A stretch of 48,620 nucleotides of DNA. It comes from Bacillales bacterium (GTDB lineage Bacteria > Bacillota_I > Bacilli_A > RFN20 > CAG-826). Shown one piece after another: positions 28,571 to 37,554 of this stretch. Each line of letters opens with the position of its first letter. Position 1 is the stretch's first letter. The translations under genes and the position numbers were made by a program. A model generated the notes under the pieces. That model searched no databases. It saw only the letters and a list, made by a program, of their open reading frames with translations, and was not told the origin of the DNA. The stretch lies in the NCBI GenBank assembly GCA_016290145.1, contig JAEESX010000003.1, forward strand, positions 1 to 48,620, in the 5' to 3' direction.

Positions 28571-29363
28571 TATGCATTACGTTAAGTTATATTTCACTTG
28601 TATTAAAAGAAGTATTATCTCGAGACTAGAGTATAAGAAAGATACAATCATCTCGATCCTTTCATTCTTGTTTTCTAATGCTTGCTCGCTTTGTTCAATA
28701 TATTTTATATTGCAAGCGATTCCATCCTTGAAAGGTTATTCCATTGCAGAAGTAGGATTCTTCTATGGTTTTTCCATGCTTCCAATCGCACTTGATCATT
28801 TATTCAGCGATGAATTCTGGTTAGTTGCTTACCGTCGTGTACAACTCGGTGATATGGATATGCATTTCTTAAGACCGGTGCCCGTCATTTTCCAAATGTT
28901 TGCGGAAACATTCCAGCCAGATGGATTTGGCGAAGTTATCGTTGGTGTCACAATGATGATTGTGTGCGGAATTAACTTAGAAGCTACTATTACATTTGGT
29001 GCGGTGTTTGTTCTAATTATCGGCGCTATATTTGGAGCGGTGATTATCACTTCATTTAAGATTATCTTCTCCTCATTAGCATTTATCTTTAAACGCAGCG
29101 GACCACTTCTCCAAATTATTTATAATTTCACTAGCTATGCGAAATATCCAATTTCCATCTATCCAAAATTCATTCGCATTATATTGATATTTGTATTACC
29201 TTTCGGTTTATTTGTTTCCTTACCAATTAACACATTGCTTTACGGTTCCTATAATCCATATTTATTGAGCTTATGGATTGCGGGTGTCGCCATTATTTTC
29301 TTTGCTCTATCAGTGTTCATTTGGACAAGATGTGAAAAACGTTACGAATCAACAGGTTCATAA
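28563..29363 (+). CDS. ABC-2 family (DUF990-like) permease
   Basis: GD-D-LRPV, KYPISIYP, C-terminal YESTGS. Confidence 0.88.
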   Translation: MDSMHYVKLYFTCIKRSIISRLEYKKDTIISILSFLFSNACSLCSIYFILQAIPSLKGYSIAEVGFFYGFSMLPIALDHLFSDEFWLVAYRRVQLGDMDMHFLRPVPVIFQMFAETFQPDGFGEVIVGVTMMIVCGINLEATITFGAVFVLIIGAIFGAVIITSFKIIFSSLAFIFKRSGPLLQIIYNFTSYAKYPISIYPKFIRIILIFVLPFGLFVSLPINTLLYGSYNPYLLSLWIAGVAIIFFALSVFIWTRCEKRYESTGS

Positions 29364-29377
29364 GATTTTATAAATTA

Positions 29378-29407
29378 AAAAAAGCCGCCACTACTGACGG
29401 CTCTTTA
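29378..29407. terminator. Bidirectional intrinsic terminator
   Basis: AGCCGCCA-ctac-TGACGGCT with an A run on one side. Confidence 0.75.
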
Positions 29408-29471
29408 TAGAATAAGTCGTTTCAACCAAATCACGATAAGTGACCTTGGGCGACGACATTAATAAACAATT

Positions 29472-29547
29472 TGGTGGATCTAATCGGGATCGAACCGACG
29501 ACCTCATCGTTGCGAACGATGCGCTCTCCCAACTGAGCTACAGACCC
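29472..29547 (-). tRNA. tRNA-Ala (CGC)
   Basis: GGGTCTGTAGCTCAGTTGGGAGAGCG-CATCG-TTCGCAA-CGATG-AGGTCGTCGGTTCGATCCCGATTAGATCCACCA; G3:U70 identity pair and encoded CCA. Confidence 0.96.
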
Positions 29548-29641
29548 ATGCTTGTATTATCTTATATATCTTTTTTAAAAATATCAAACTTTTATCATGT
29601 CAATACTGATAATCATTTAATATTCTTCATATAATAATGCT

Positions 29642-30889
29642 ATGCCGAATAGAACAATCGCTGTTATTGACTTAAAAGCCTTTTACTCATTCGTAGAATG
29701 CGTAGATCGTGGTCTTGATGCATGGACCACTCCTTTAGTCGTTGCAGACAAGGACAGAGGTAAAAACACAATTGTTTTAAGTGTATCCCCTTTTTTAAAG
29801 GAAAGAGGAGTTCCATCTAGATTAAGAATTAGAGACTTACCTAAGGGTTATGACTATGTTTATGCTGTCCCAAGAATGGAAAGATACATTGAGAAATCCG
29901 CTGAGGTAGTCAGAATCATGATGGATTATGTCAGCGAAGAAGATATTCACGTCTATTCCATCGATGAAGCCTTCTTGGATATTACAAGTTACCTTAACTA
30001 CTACAAAATGACTCCACTTCAATTAGTGAGTAAGATTATCCAAACAATTAAAGAGAGAACAGGGCTTCAAGCCACAGCTGGTATTGGAGAAAACTTCTTC
30101 TTATCAAAAGTGGCCTTAGATATATATGCAAAACATGAAAAAAATGGCATTGCAACCATGCGCCAAAAGGACGTAAAAACCAAGTTATGGACTATCTCTC
30201 CACTTAGCAAAATTTGGGGAATTGGTGAGAGAACTGCGGTGAAATTGAACTCTTTAGGCATATATAATGTCGGTGATTTAGCAAATGCTGATAAAGATTT
30301 CATCCACAGTCATTTCGGAATTATGGGTGATCAACTCATTGCCCACGCAAATGGAATTGATGAATCAGACATTCATGAAGTCTATGTTCCAAAAAGTACG
30401 AGTTTATCCCTAGGCCAGGTTCTATTCAAGGATTATAAGAGCGATGAGGCCACTACTATTATTAGAGAAATGTGTGATGATTTATCGCAAAGACTTAGAA
30501 GTGAAGGCAAGCAATGCGAATTAGTGTCTTTGTATATTGGCTATTCCAAAGAAACTATGGGTGGTTTCTCTAGACAAATGTCTTTGCTACATCCAACCGA
30601 TGATACAGAAGAATTATTCAATGCTTTAATGGAAATCAAACATAGATTTATTCAAGATTTGCCAATTCGAAGAATTGGAATCAATTTTGGAAAGCTCTCC
30701 AACGGTGGATTCAAGCAAATTGATATGTTTGGAGATGCTAAAAAAGAAAAAGACAATCATGACTTATTTAAAGCAATGGATAAGTTAAAAGATAAATATG
30801 GAAAGAATATATTGTTACGTGCTAGCGCATTAACTGAAGGCAGCACCGCAATAGAAAGACACAATCAGATTGGAGGGCATAGGAAATGA
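29642..30889 (+). CDS. Y-family DNA polymerase (UmuC/DinB/YqjW-like)
   Basis: IDLKAFYSFVEC, YSIDEAFLD, WGIG, C-terminal IGGH. Confidence 0.92.
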   Translation: MPNRTIAVIDLKAFYSFVECVDRGLDAWTTPLVVADKDRGKNTIVLSVSPFLKERGVPSRLRIRDLPKGYDYVYAVPRMERYIEKSAEVVRIMMDYVSEEDIHVYSIDEAFLDITSYLNYYKMTPLQLVSKIIQTIKERTGLQATAGIGENFFLSKVALDIYAKHEKNGIATMRQKDVKTKLWTISPLSKIWGIGERTAVKLNSLGIYNVGDLANADKDFIHSHFGIMGDQLIAHANGIDESDIHEVYVPKSTSLSLGQVLFKDYKSDEATTIIREMCDDLSQRLRSEGKQCELVSLYIGYSKETMGGFSRQMSLLHPTDDTEELFNALMEIKHRFIQDLPIRRIGINFGKLSNGGFKQIDMFGDAKKEKDNHDLFKAMDKLKDKYGKNILLRASALTEGSTAIERHNQIGGHRK

Positions 30890-31191
30890 GCGATCGCGGA
30901 ATGAAGAAGTGGGCGCCATACAAAACCCTCGAAGATCAATGGTCTACGTTAGATAGACTTTATAAGAGTGAAGAAAAAGTAGAAAAACCACTTATCAGTA
31001 ACGAAGTTGCTGAAGAGATAAATGAGAAACTTGTGAATTATCAAGGACAAGAACTTGAATTCTATTACTATAAGAACGGAAGAATTCTAAAAGAAAAAAG
31101 CACGATTAAGAAAATCGATGCTTTTAACAGAAAATTGATTTTAGATAATACTTGTATTATCTATCTCAAAGACTTAGTAGGACTTAAATAG
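30886..31191 (+). CDS. YolD-like protein
   Basis: DRGMKKWAPY N-terminus; translationally coupled to the Y-family polymerase. Confidence 0.85.
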   Translation: MSDRGMKKWAPYKTLEDQWSTLDRLYKSEEKVEKPLISNEVAEEINEKLVNYQGQELEFYYYKNGRILKEKSTIKKIDAFNRKLILDNTCIIYLKDLVGLK

Positions 31192-32404
31192 CCCATTCGC
31201 CATCTTTAAAGATTTGATGTTTGTTGCCTTTGGCATCAACACCCACGATATCTAAATCTTTAGTACCCACCATGAAGTCAACGTGGATCATAGAATCGTT
31301 GATACCTTTTGCTTTGGCTTCTTCAGTTGTTAGATTCACATCTAATAATTCTTTGAATCCAATGCCTAATGCGACGTGGCAAGCTGCGTTTTCATCATAA
31401 AGGGTGTTATAAAATAACAAACCACTTAAATTGATTGGAGATGTATATGGAACTAATGCTACTTCACCTAATTGAGCAGCACCTTCATCCATAGACACCA
31501 TATGTTCTAATAATTTTTGGTTCTTTCTAGCGTGAACTTCAGAAACTTTACCGTTCTTGAATGTAATAGAGAAGTCTTCAATGAGTTCGCCGTTATAGCT
31601 TAATGGTTTGGAAGCCACTAATGTGCCTTCGCATCTTCCAGCATATGGAGTTGTGAAAACTTCTTCTGTAGGAATGTTAGGATTGAATTCGCCTTTGTTA
31701 GGTGCGGTTTCAACACCAGCGCCCCAACTGATACCAGGAATTAATTCAACTTCAAAGTCTGTACCATTACTGGCTTTGTAATATAACTTACGTAAATCTA
31801 AAGATTTAAGTTTGTCTCTTTGTTTGATTAAGAAGGCATTATGTTCTTCCCAGTTTTTAACTGCATCATTGCCATCAACACGTGATGTTGAAAGAATGGC
31901 TTGCCATAATTTTTCAATTGCTTCTTCTTCAGAAACATCTGGGAACATCTTCTTGGCCCAAGCTTTTCCAGGAACACCAGCGATACACCATTTGTATTTA
32001 CCGTCTGCGGCTTCGCGATATTTCTTGAACTTTGGATATCTCTTTGCCATTACTTTAGCGATTTTAGCCTGATTGACGCCCTTTAAACCATCTGGGTCTT
32101 CAGATATAAGATAGACCATAGTTGGGAGCTTCTTAGCCATGTATTTGTATCTTGCTAAAGAGTATGGTGTTAGCTTTGCTAATTCACCAACAGTTGCATA
32201 CTTATAATGGAGTCTTCCTAATTGTTCATAGTCAAATCTAACTTCAACAAATTTAGCACCTGCTTTATAACATTCTTCTGCAACCATATATACGAATTCT
32301 GGTTGATCTAAATCCGCATTAATCCAAACTTCATCACCTTTATTGACGTGTGCACCAATTCTAGCGATGAGTCTGGCATAATCTCTTAATAATTTTTCTT
32401 CCAT
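31184..32404 (-). CDS. pepS: M29 aminopeptidase (PepS/AmpS)
   Basis: PNIPTEEVFT, LGEVALV, NTLYDENAACHVALG, HVDFM. Confidence 0.92.
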   Translation of the reverse strand: MEEKLLRDYARLIARIGAHVNKGDEVWINADLDQPEFVYMVAEECYKAGAKFVEVRFDYEQLGRLHYKYATVGELAKLTPYSLARYKYMAKKLPTMVYLISEDPDGLKGVNQAKIAKVMAKRYPKFKKYREAADGKYKWCIAGVPGKAWAKKMFPDVSEEEAIEKLWQAILSTSRVDGNDAVKNWEEHNAFLIKQRDKLKSLDLRKLYYKASNGTDFEVELIPGISWGAGVETAPNKGEFNPNIPTEEVFTTPYAGRCEGTLVASKPLSYNGELIEDFSITFKNGKVSEVHARKNQKLLEHMVSMDEGAAQLGEVALVPYTSPINLSGLLFYNTLYDENAACHVALGIGFKELLDVNLTTEEAKAKGINDSMIHVDFMVGTKDLDIVGVDAKGNKHQIFKDGEWAI

Positions 32405-32463
32405 ATTTTTTACCTCGTTGCTATTTGTTTTATTTATTTTATAATAACCGCGGAGGATATGTT

Positions 32464-33045
32464 ATGAATACTATTCTAGAAAAGTACAAATGGATTAGAT
32501 ATGCATTAGGCGCATTCATCATTGCGTTAGGCATTTTAATTATTGTTCTTGCATGCTTAAATTTAGGCAAGTTACAAGATGTCATTAACATTGTTATTGC
32601 TAGTTCTTTATTAGTGTTAGGTCTAGTTTGTTTGATTGTCACAATCTTCTCTGAAACACATAAAGGCTTTACGATGTCATTATTAATAAGCGCAGCAATC
32701 ATTGCAGCGGGCATTATCTTATTAATTGCTAGATTTGGAATCGGTTTTGCTATTCCAAATATACTTTTAGTATATATTATCTCAGTATTTACATTAGTCT
32801 TTGGTACTGCTTGCTTATTCAAATTAGTTTCTTTAATTGTTTATAAAGAAAAGAAGATGCTCATTGTCGTTATGGCAATTGTTGCTGTAGCTGCGATTAC
32901 ATTAGGTATCTTAGGTATTGTCTTTGCGCCTAAACTCGATGGCTTAATTGTTGCTTCATTTGTTATCTTAGGTATCTTGGTGTTAGTTACCGGTATCTTA
33001 ATGATTGTTTTTGCAGCATTAAACGATAAGAAAAAATCTGCATAA
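32464..33045 (+). CDS. HdeD/DUF308-like membrane protein
   Basis: Six TM in repeated pairs; GGAGG RBS before ATG 32464. Confidence 0.7.
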   Translation: MNTILEKYKWIRYALGAFIIALGILIIVLACLNLGKLQDVINIVIASSLLVLGLVCLIVTIFSETHKGFTMSLLISAAIIAAGIILLIARFGIGFAIPNILLVYIISVFTLVFGTACLFKLVSLIVYKEKKMLIVVMAIVAVAAITLGILGIVFAPKLDGLIVASFVILGILVLVTGILMIVFAALNDKKKSA

Positions 33046-33061
33046 TTATTATTTTAATAAT

Positions 33062-33098
33062 AAAAAATGCTCCGATCATTTCGGGGCATTTTTATTTT
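33062..33098. terminator. Bidirectional intrinsic terminator
   Basis: AAAATGCTCCGA-tcatt-TCGGGGCATTTT. Confidence 0.8.
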
Positions 33099-33104
33099 GC
33101 TTTA

Positions 33105-33389
33105 CTAGAGCAAGATTCTCATTGCTTCTTCAACAGTTTCAGAACTGGAAGAACCATTTGTATTTGATACTTGAATGACGATAGCGATTACGAAGAAGAC
33201 GATTGCCATAACTAATGTAAGAATGGAAACCACTTTTTCAGCGCCTCTTTCTTTGGTCTTGACGAACACGTTAAGTCCACCACCAGTAATAGCACCAGAA
33301 GCACCTTCAGATTTACCACCTTGCAATAAGCAAAGGATGATAATGACAATGCCTACGCCCATAAATACCCAGTCGTACCAATTTAACAT
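33105..33389 (-). CDS. secG: Preprotein translocase subunit SecG
   Basis: LLQGGKSEGASGAITGG..K-RG-EK, two TM. Confidence 0.9.
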   Translation of the reverse strand: MLNWYDWVFMGVGIVIIILCLLQGGKSEGASGAITGGGLNVFVKTKERGAEKVVSILTLVMAIVFFVIAIVIQVSNTNGSSSSETVEEAMRILL

Positions 33390-33468
33390 GCTTTCAATTT
33401 CCTTTCGTCAATTCGCTTAATAATGTTATACAAAACGGAGAAATAATTCAATAAAAGAATTGAATTGC

Positions 33469-35454
33469 CTATAATTCCGCTTTCATCTCAAAAATAATAT
33501 CTCTAAGTTTAGCCGCGCGTTCAAAGTCAAATTGACGAGCGGCTTCTTTCATTTGTTTTTCTAAATCTTTGATCTTCTTTTGGAGTTCACTACGTGTTGC
33601 CTTCTTAGAAGCACTAATAATGTCAGAAATTTCATCCTCTGTATTGTGGATTGGAGGTCTGATTTCTTTCATAACTGTGGTTGGAACAATACCGTTATCG
33701 ATATTGTATTGATTTTGAATCTTACGACGACGATATGTTTCATCAATTGCATTCTTCATAGAGTCAGTCATAGTATCAGCGTACATAATGACTTTACCAT
33801 TTTGGTTTCTTGCTGCACGACCGCATACTTGAATAAGTGATCTTGTGCTACGTAAGAAGCCTTCTTTATCAGCATCCAAAATACAAATTAATGACACTTC
33901 TGGTATGTCTAAACCTTCACGTAATAGGTTAATTCCCACTAATACGTCATATTTGCCTTTTCTCAATTGATAAATTATCTCAGATCTCTCTAATGTTTTT
34001 GTCTCATGATGGAGGTAAACTACCTTGATACCCCTCTCCTTGAGGAAGGTGGTCAAATCTTCCGCCATTCTGATGGTCAAAGTGACTATTAAAGTCCTCT
34101 CATTTTTTGAATTTCGTAACTTGATTTCCTGTAATAGGTCGTCAACTTGTCCCATAGTTGGTCTGACATCAATTGTTGGATCTAATAAACCCGTTGGACG
34201 GATGATTTGTTCAGCGATTGGAGCATCAGTTTTTGAGAGTTCATAGTCGCCTGGAGTTGCGCTTGTGCAAATAACTTGAGGCATGATTTTCTCAAACTCG
34301 TCAAAGTTTAAAGGCCTATTATCCAGTGCAGAAGGCAATCTAAATCCATATTCCACGAGTGTTTCCTTACGTGAACGGTCACCATTATACATACCTCTAA
34401 GTTGAGGGAAAGTAACGTGTGATTCATCTACAAAGAGTAAGAAGTCTTCTGGGAAGTAGTCAATAAGGCACCATGGTCTTGTACCAGGGGCTCTTTTATC
34501 AATATGCCTAGAGTAATTTTCGATTCCAGGGCACATTCCAAACTCTTGCATTGATTCTATATCTTGGTTTGTTCTAAGTTCTAAGCGCTCAGCCTCTAAA
34601 AGCTTGCCTTGAGACTTGAAAAATTCGAGTCTTTCCTTTAATTCTTCCTTAATTGTGGCACATGCTTCTCTAATGCGTTCTCTAGTGGATGCGTGGTCGT
34701 ATGCTGGGAAGATTGGATAAGTGTGATATGAGGCTTTTACTTCACCAGAAAGTAGGTCAACTTGGGTAATCTTCTCAATTTCATCACCAAATGTATCAAT
34801 TCTAATGACATTATTGTTATCCATATTGGCAGGAATAATCTCAATGATGTCACCATGGACTCTAAAACTACCAGGAGCGGCATCCATATTGTTTCTAACA
34901 TATTGAGCGTCAACAAGTTTCTTAAAGAAAACGTTTCTATCTATTTCTTCTCCAACACGGATGTTAAAAACTAAGTTTCTATATTCATCTGGATCAGTTA
35001 ATCCATAAATGGATGCTACTGACGCCACTACAATTGTGTCTCTTCTTTCTAACACAGAGTTAATCGCGCTAGTTCTGAGCATTTCAATTTCATCATTCAT
35101 AACAGCGTTCTTATCAATATAAGTATCACTCTTAGGAATGTATGCTTCTGGTTGATAAAAATCGAAGTTAGATACAAAGTATTCCACTCTATTATTAGGG
35201 AATAATTCTTGGAATTCTGAATATAATTGGCCAGCTAATGTTTTGTTATGAACAAGTACTAAAGTAGGTCTTTGAACTTGTTCAATGATATTTGCCATAG
35301 TGAAAGTTTTTCCAGTTCCGGTAGCGCCTAATAGAACTTGGAACTTTTTATTATCTCTAATTCCTTCCACTAACTGCTTAATAGCAGTTGGTTGATCGCC
35401 AGTAGGCTTAAAAGGCGAGACAATTTTGAAGCGATGGTTATTGTTCTCCTCCAT
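33469..35454 (-). CDS. uvrB: Excinuclease ABC subunit B
   Basis: [31 protein letters not shown]-terminal UVR domain. Confidence 0.98.
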   Translation of the reverse strand: MEENNNHRFKIVSPFKPTGDQPTAIKQLVEGIRDNKKFQVLLGATGTGKTFTMANIIEQVQRPTLVLVHNKTLAGQLYSEFQELFPNNRVEYFVSNFDFYQPEAYIPKSDTYIDKNAVMNDEIEMLRTSAINSVLERRDTIVVASVASIYGLTDPDEYRNLVFNIRVGEEIDRNVFFKKLVDAQYVRNNMDAAPGSFRVHGDIIEIIPANMDNNNVIRIDTFGDEIEKITQVDLLSGEVKASYHTYPIFPAYDHASTRERIREACATIKEELKERLEFFKSQGKLLEAERLELRTNQDIESMQEFGMCPGIENYSRHIDKRAPGTRPWCLIDYFPEDFLLFVDESHVTFPQLRGMYNGDRSRKETLVEYGFRLPSALDNRPLNFDEFEKIMPQVICTSATPGDYELSKTDAPIAEQIIRPTGLLDPTIDVRPTMGQVDDLLQEIKLRNSKNERTLIVTLTIRMAEDLTTFLKERGIKVVYLHHETKTLERSEIIYQLRKGKYDVLVGINLLREGLDIPEVSLICILDADKEGFLRSTRSLIQVCGRAARNQNGKVIMYADTMTDSMKNAIDETYRRRKIQNQYNIDNGIVPTTVMKEIRPPIHNTEDEISDIISASKKATRSELQKKIKDLEKQMKEAARQFDFERAAKLRDIIFEMKAEL

Positions 35455-36457
35455 CCTTCTTTCCTTTCTTGGTTTTTGCTTTCACTTCTTTGATGAGGTT
35501 TGAATTCACATGTGACTTGAAACCTTCTCCGAAGACGGCGTTTGTTTGTGTATATGTAACGAATGCTTTTGGATCAACCTGAGCAATGTAACTTCTAATT
35601 TTAGAATATTCACGTTTCTTAAAGACGATTCTTAAGATAATTCTCTTATCACCTTTATAACCACCTTGAGCGTGGATAATTGTGGCACCATGTCCTAAGA
35701 CATCTTGTGCGTATTTGGAAATCTCTTCCCATTTATCAGAGATAATATCGACTTGATAACTGGTTTGAGAACTGATGAAGATAACTTCAATTAAAATTGC
35801 AGACATGAATGCGGAGATAATACCGGATAAGCAAGCGAGTAAGAAACTCTTTTCTTCTGTTCCTTGTGGTAATAAAACACATAAACCAACAATAACAATT
35901 GTTCCATCCACTAAGAATGAGGCAATTGATTGTTTAATATGAACGTATTTTTCAAGTAAGAATGTTAAAACATCAACACCGCCTGTAGATCCACCACCAA
36001 CGAATGTAATGGCTACGCCAACACCGACAAAGACACCGCCAAAGATACCTGCCATCAAATAATTACCAGCAGTTGGACCATCACCAGCTAATGTTAACAT
36101 TTCACCGAATTTAACAAAGGCATCAGAAATGCCCGGACAAGCGGTGAAAAGCCAGTTGGCTAATGGGAATGCTATGGTAGCCACTAAAGTCTTTAGAGCG
36201 AACTCTTTTCCTATGAAAATAAGGCCCACCAACCATAAAGCCACTGATGCAGCGTCAACAATAATGTTGTAGACCAAAACTTTGGCGTTTTCGGCAACAA
36301 AAAATTTCGCAATAATAGCGACACCGTTAAGACCACCTGCGTTGATATCAAGAGGTACTAAAAAGGCAACGTTACCAAACGCAACGACAAATGTACCAAG
36401 TACGACAACTAAGGCTTTTAAAATTGCGTTAGTCCATTCTTTCTTTGTTTTAGGCAT
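35438..36457 (-). CDS. YitT family membrane protein
   Basis: [13 protein letters not shown]-terminal DUF2179-like (G-T...GGY, D-KAF..V-GEGF). Confidence 0.9.
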   Translation of the reverse strand: MPKTKKEWTNAILKALVVVLGTFVVAFGNVAFLVPLDINAGGLNGVAIIAKFFVAENAKVLVYNIIVDAASVALWLVGLIFIGKEFALKTLVATIAFPLANWLFTACPGISDAFVKFGEMLTLAGDGPTAGNYLMAGIFGGVFVGVGVAITFVGGGSTGGVDVLTFLLEKYVHIKQSIASFLVDGTIVIVGLCVLLPQGTEEKSFLLACLSGIISAFMSAILIEVIFISSQTSYQVDIISDKWEEISKYAQDVLGHGATIIHAQGGYKGDKRIILRIVFKKREYSKIRSYIAQVDPKAFVTYTQTNAVFGEGFKSHVNSNLIKEVKAKTKKGKKDGGEQ

Positions 36458-37554
36458 TCTTCTTAGCCTCCTCTCTTAGGTATGCATAGATGAATCCATC
36501 GATTTCGCCATTCATTACGGCTTGAACATCGACTTCTTCATAGTTAGAACGATTGTCCTTAACTAGTGTGTACGGGCAGAAGACATAGGAACGGATTTGA
36601 CTACCCCATTCGATATTCTTCTTTTCGCCAACAATATCGTTAATTTTCTTTTCTCGTTTCTCTAATTCAATCAAATAGAGTTTGCCTTTAAGCATATTCA
36701 TAGCCATTTCTTTATTCATTAATTGGCTACGTTCTACTTGGCAAGAAACGACAATTCCAGTAGGTAAGTGAGTGATTCTAACTGCGGTTTCAACTTTGTT
36801 GACATTTTGTCCACCAGCACCACCACTACGATAAGTATCAACCTTTAAATCAGCTTCATTGATTTGAATATTGATTGAATTCTCTTTGAATTCTGGAATA
36901 ACGTTCACTGATGCAAAAGATGTATGTCTTCTTTTGTTCGCATCGAATGGTGAGATTCTCACTAAACGGTGAACACCTTTCTCACTTTTTAATAATCCAT
37001 AAGCATTATGGCCAGCGATCTTTAAAGTAACTGATTTAATACCAGCTTCTTCACCTGGTTCTAATGAGATTAAACTCATTTTGAACTTGTGTGCTTCCGC
37101 ATATAAAACATACATACGATAAAGCATGTCCGCCCAGTCTTGTGCTTCTGTACCACCTGCACCTGGATGTATTTCTATAATCGCAGGCATATCGTCAAAT
37201 TCGCCTGTGAATAAGATTTCTAATTCGAATTCTTTGGATTCTTTTTCAAGTTGTTCAAAAGATTCGTTTATTTGTTCAAATAATGATTCATCATCAAGTT
37301 CTAATAACTCGGTGATATCTTTATAGTCATTTTCGAGTTTGCGGTATGTCTCGACAATATTTTTACAATAATTCAAACGAGAGATGACTTTTAGAGCTTC
37401 ACTATTATTGCTCCAGAAGTTATCTTCTTCACTTTTTTTAGTTAATACTAAAATCTCCTCATCTAATTTAGTGAGGTCAAAGAGAAGACCCGAGTTGATG
37501 GATTCTCTCACCAACAGCACAAAGTTCTTGTTTAAAAGAAACAATGTCTTTCAT
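36450..37554 (-). CDS. prfB: Peptide chain release factor 2 with +1 programmed frameshift
   Basis: SPF and GGQ motifs; real start ATG 37554 ([10 protein letters not shown]...GSSL) reaches CTT-TGA-C at 37482-37476, then the +1 frame continues DLTKLDEE. Confidence 0.95.

Noticed and set aside
29472-29547. tRNA as attachment site of an integrated element
   Set aside because: No integrase, and I saw no duplicated tRNA 3' end in the window.
29440-29634. 64-aa ORF
   Set aside because: Antisense to tRNA-Ala; spurious.
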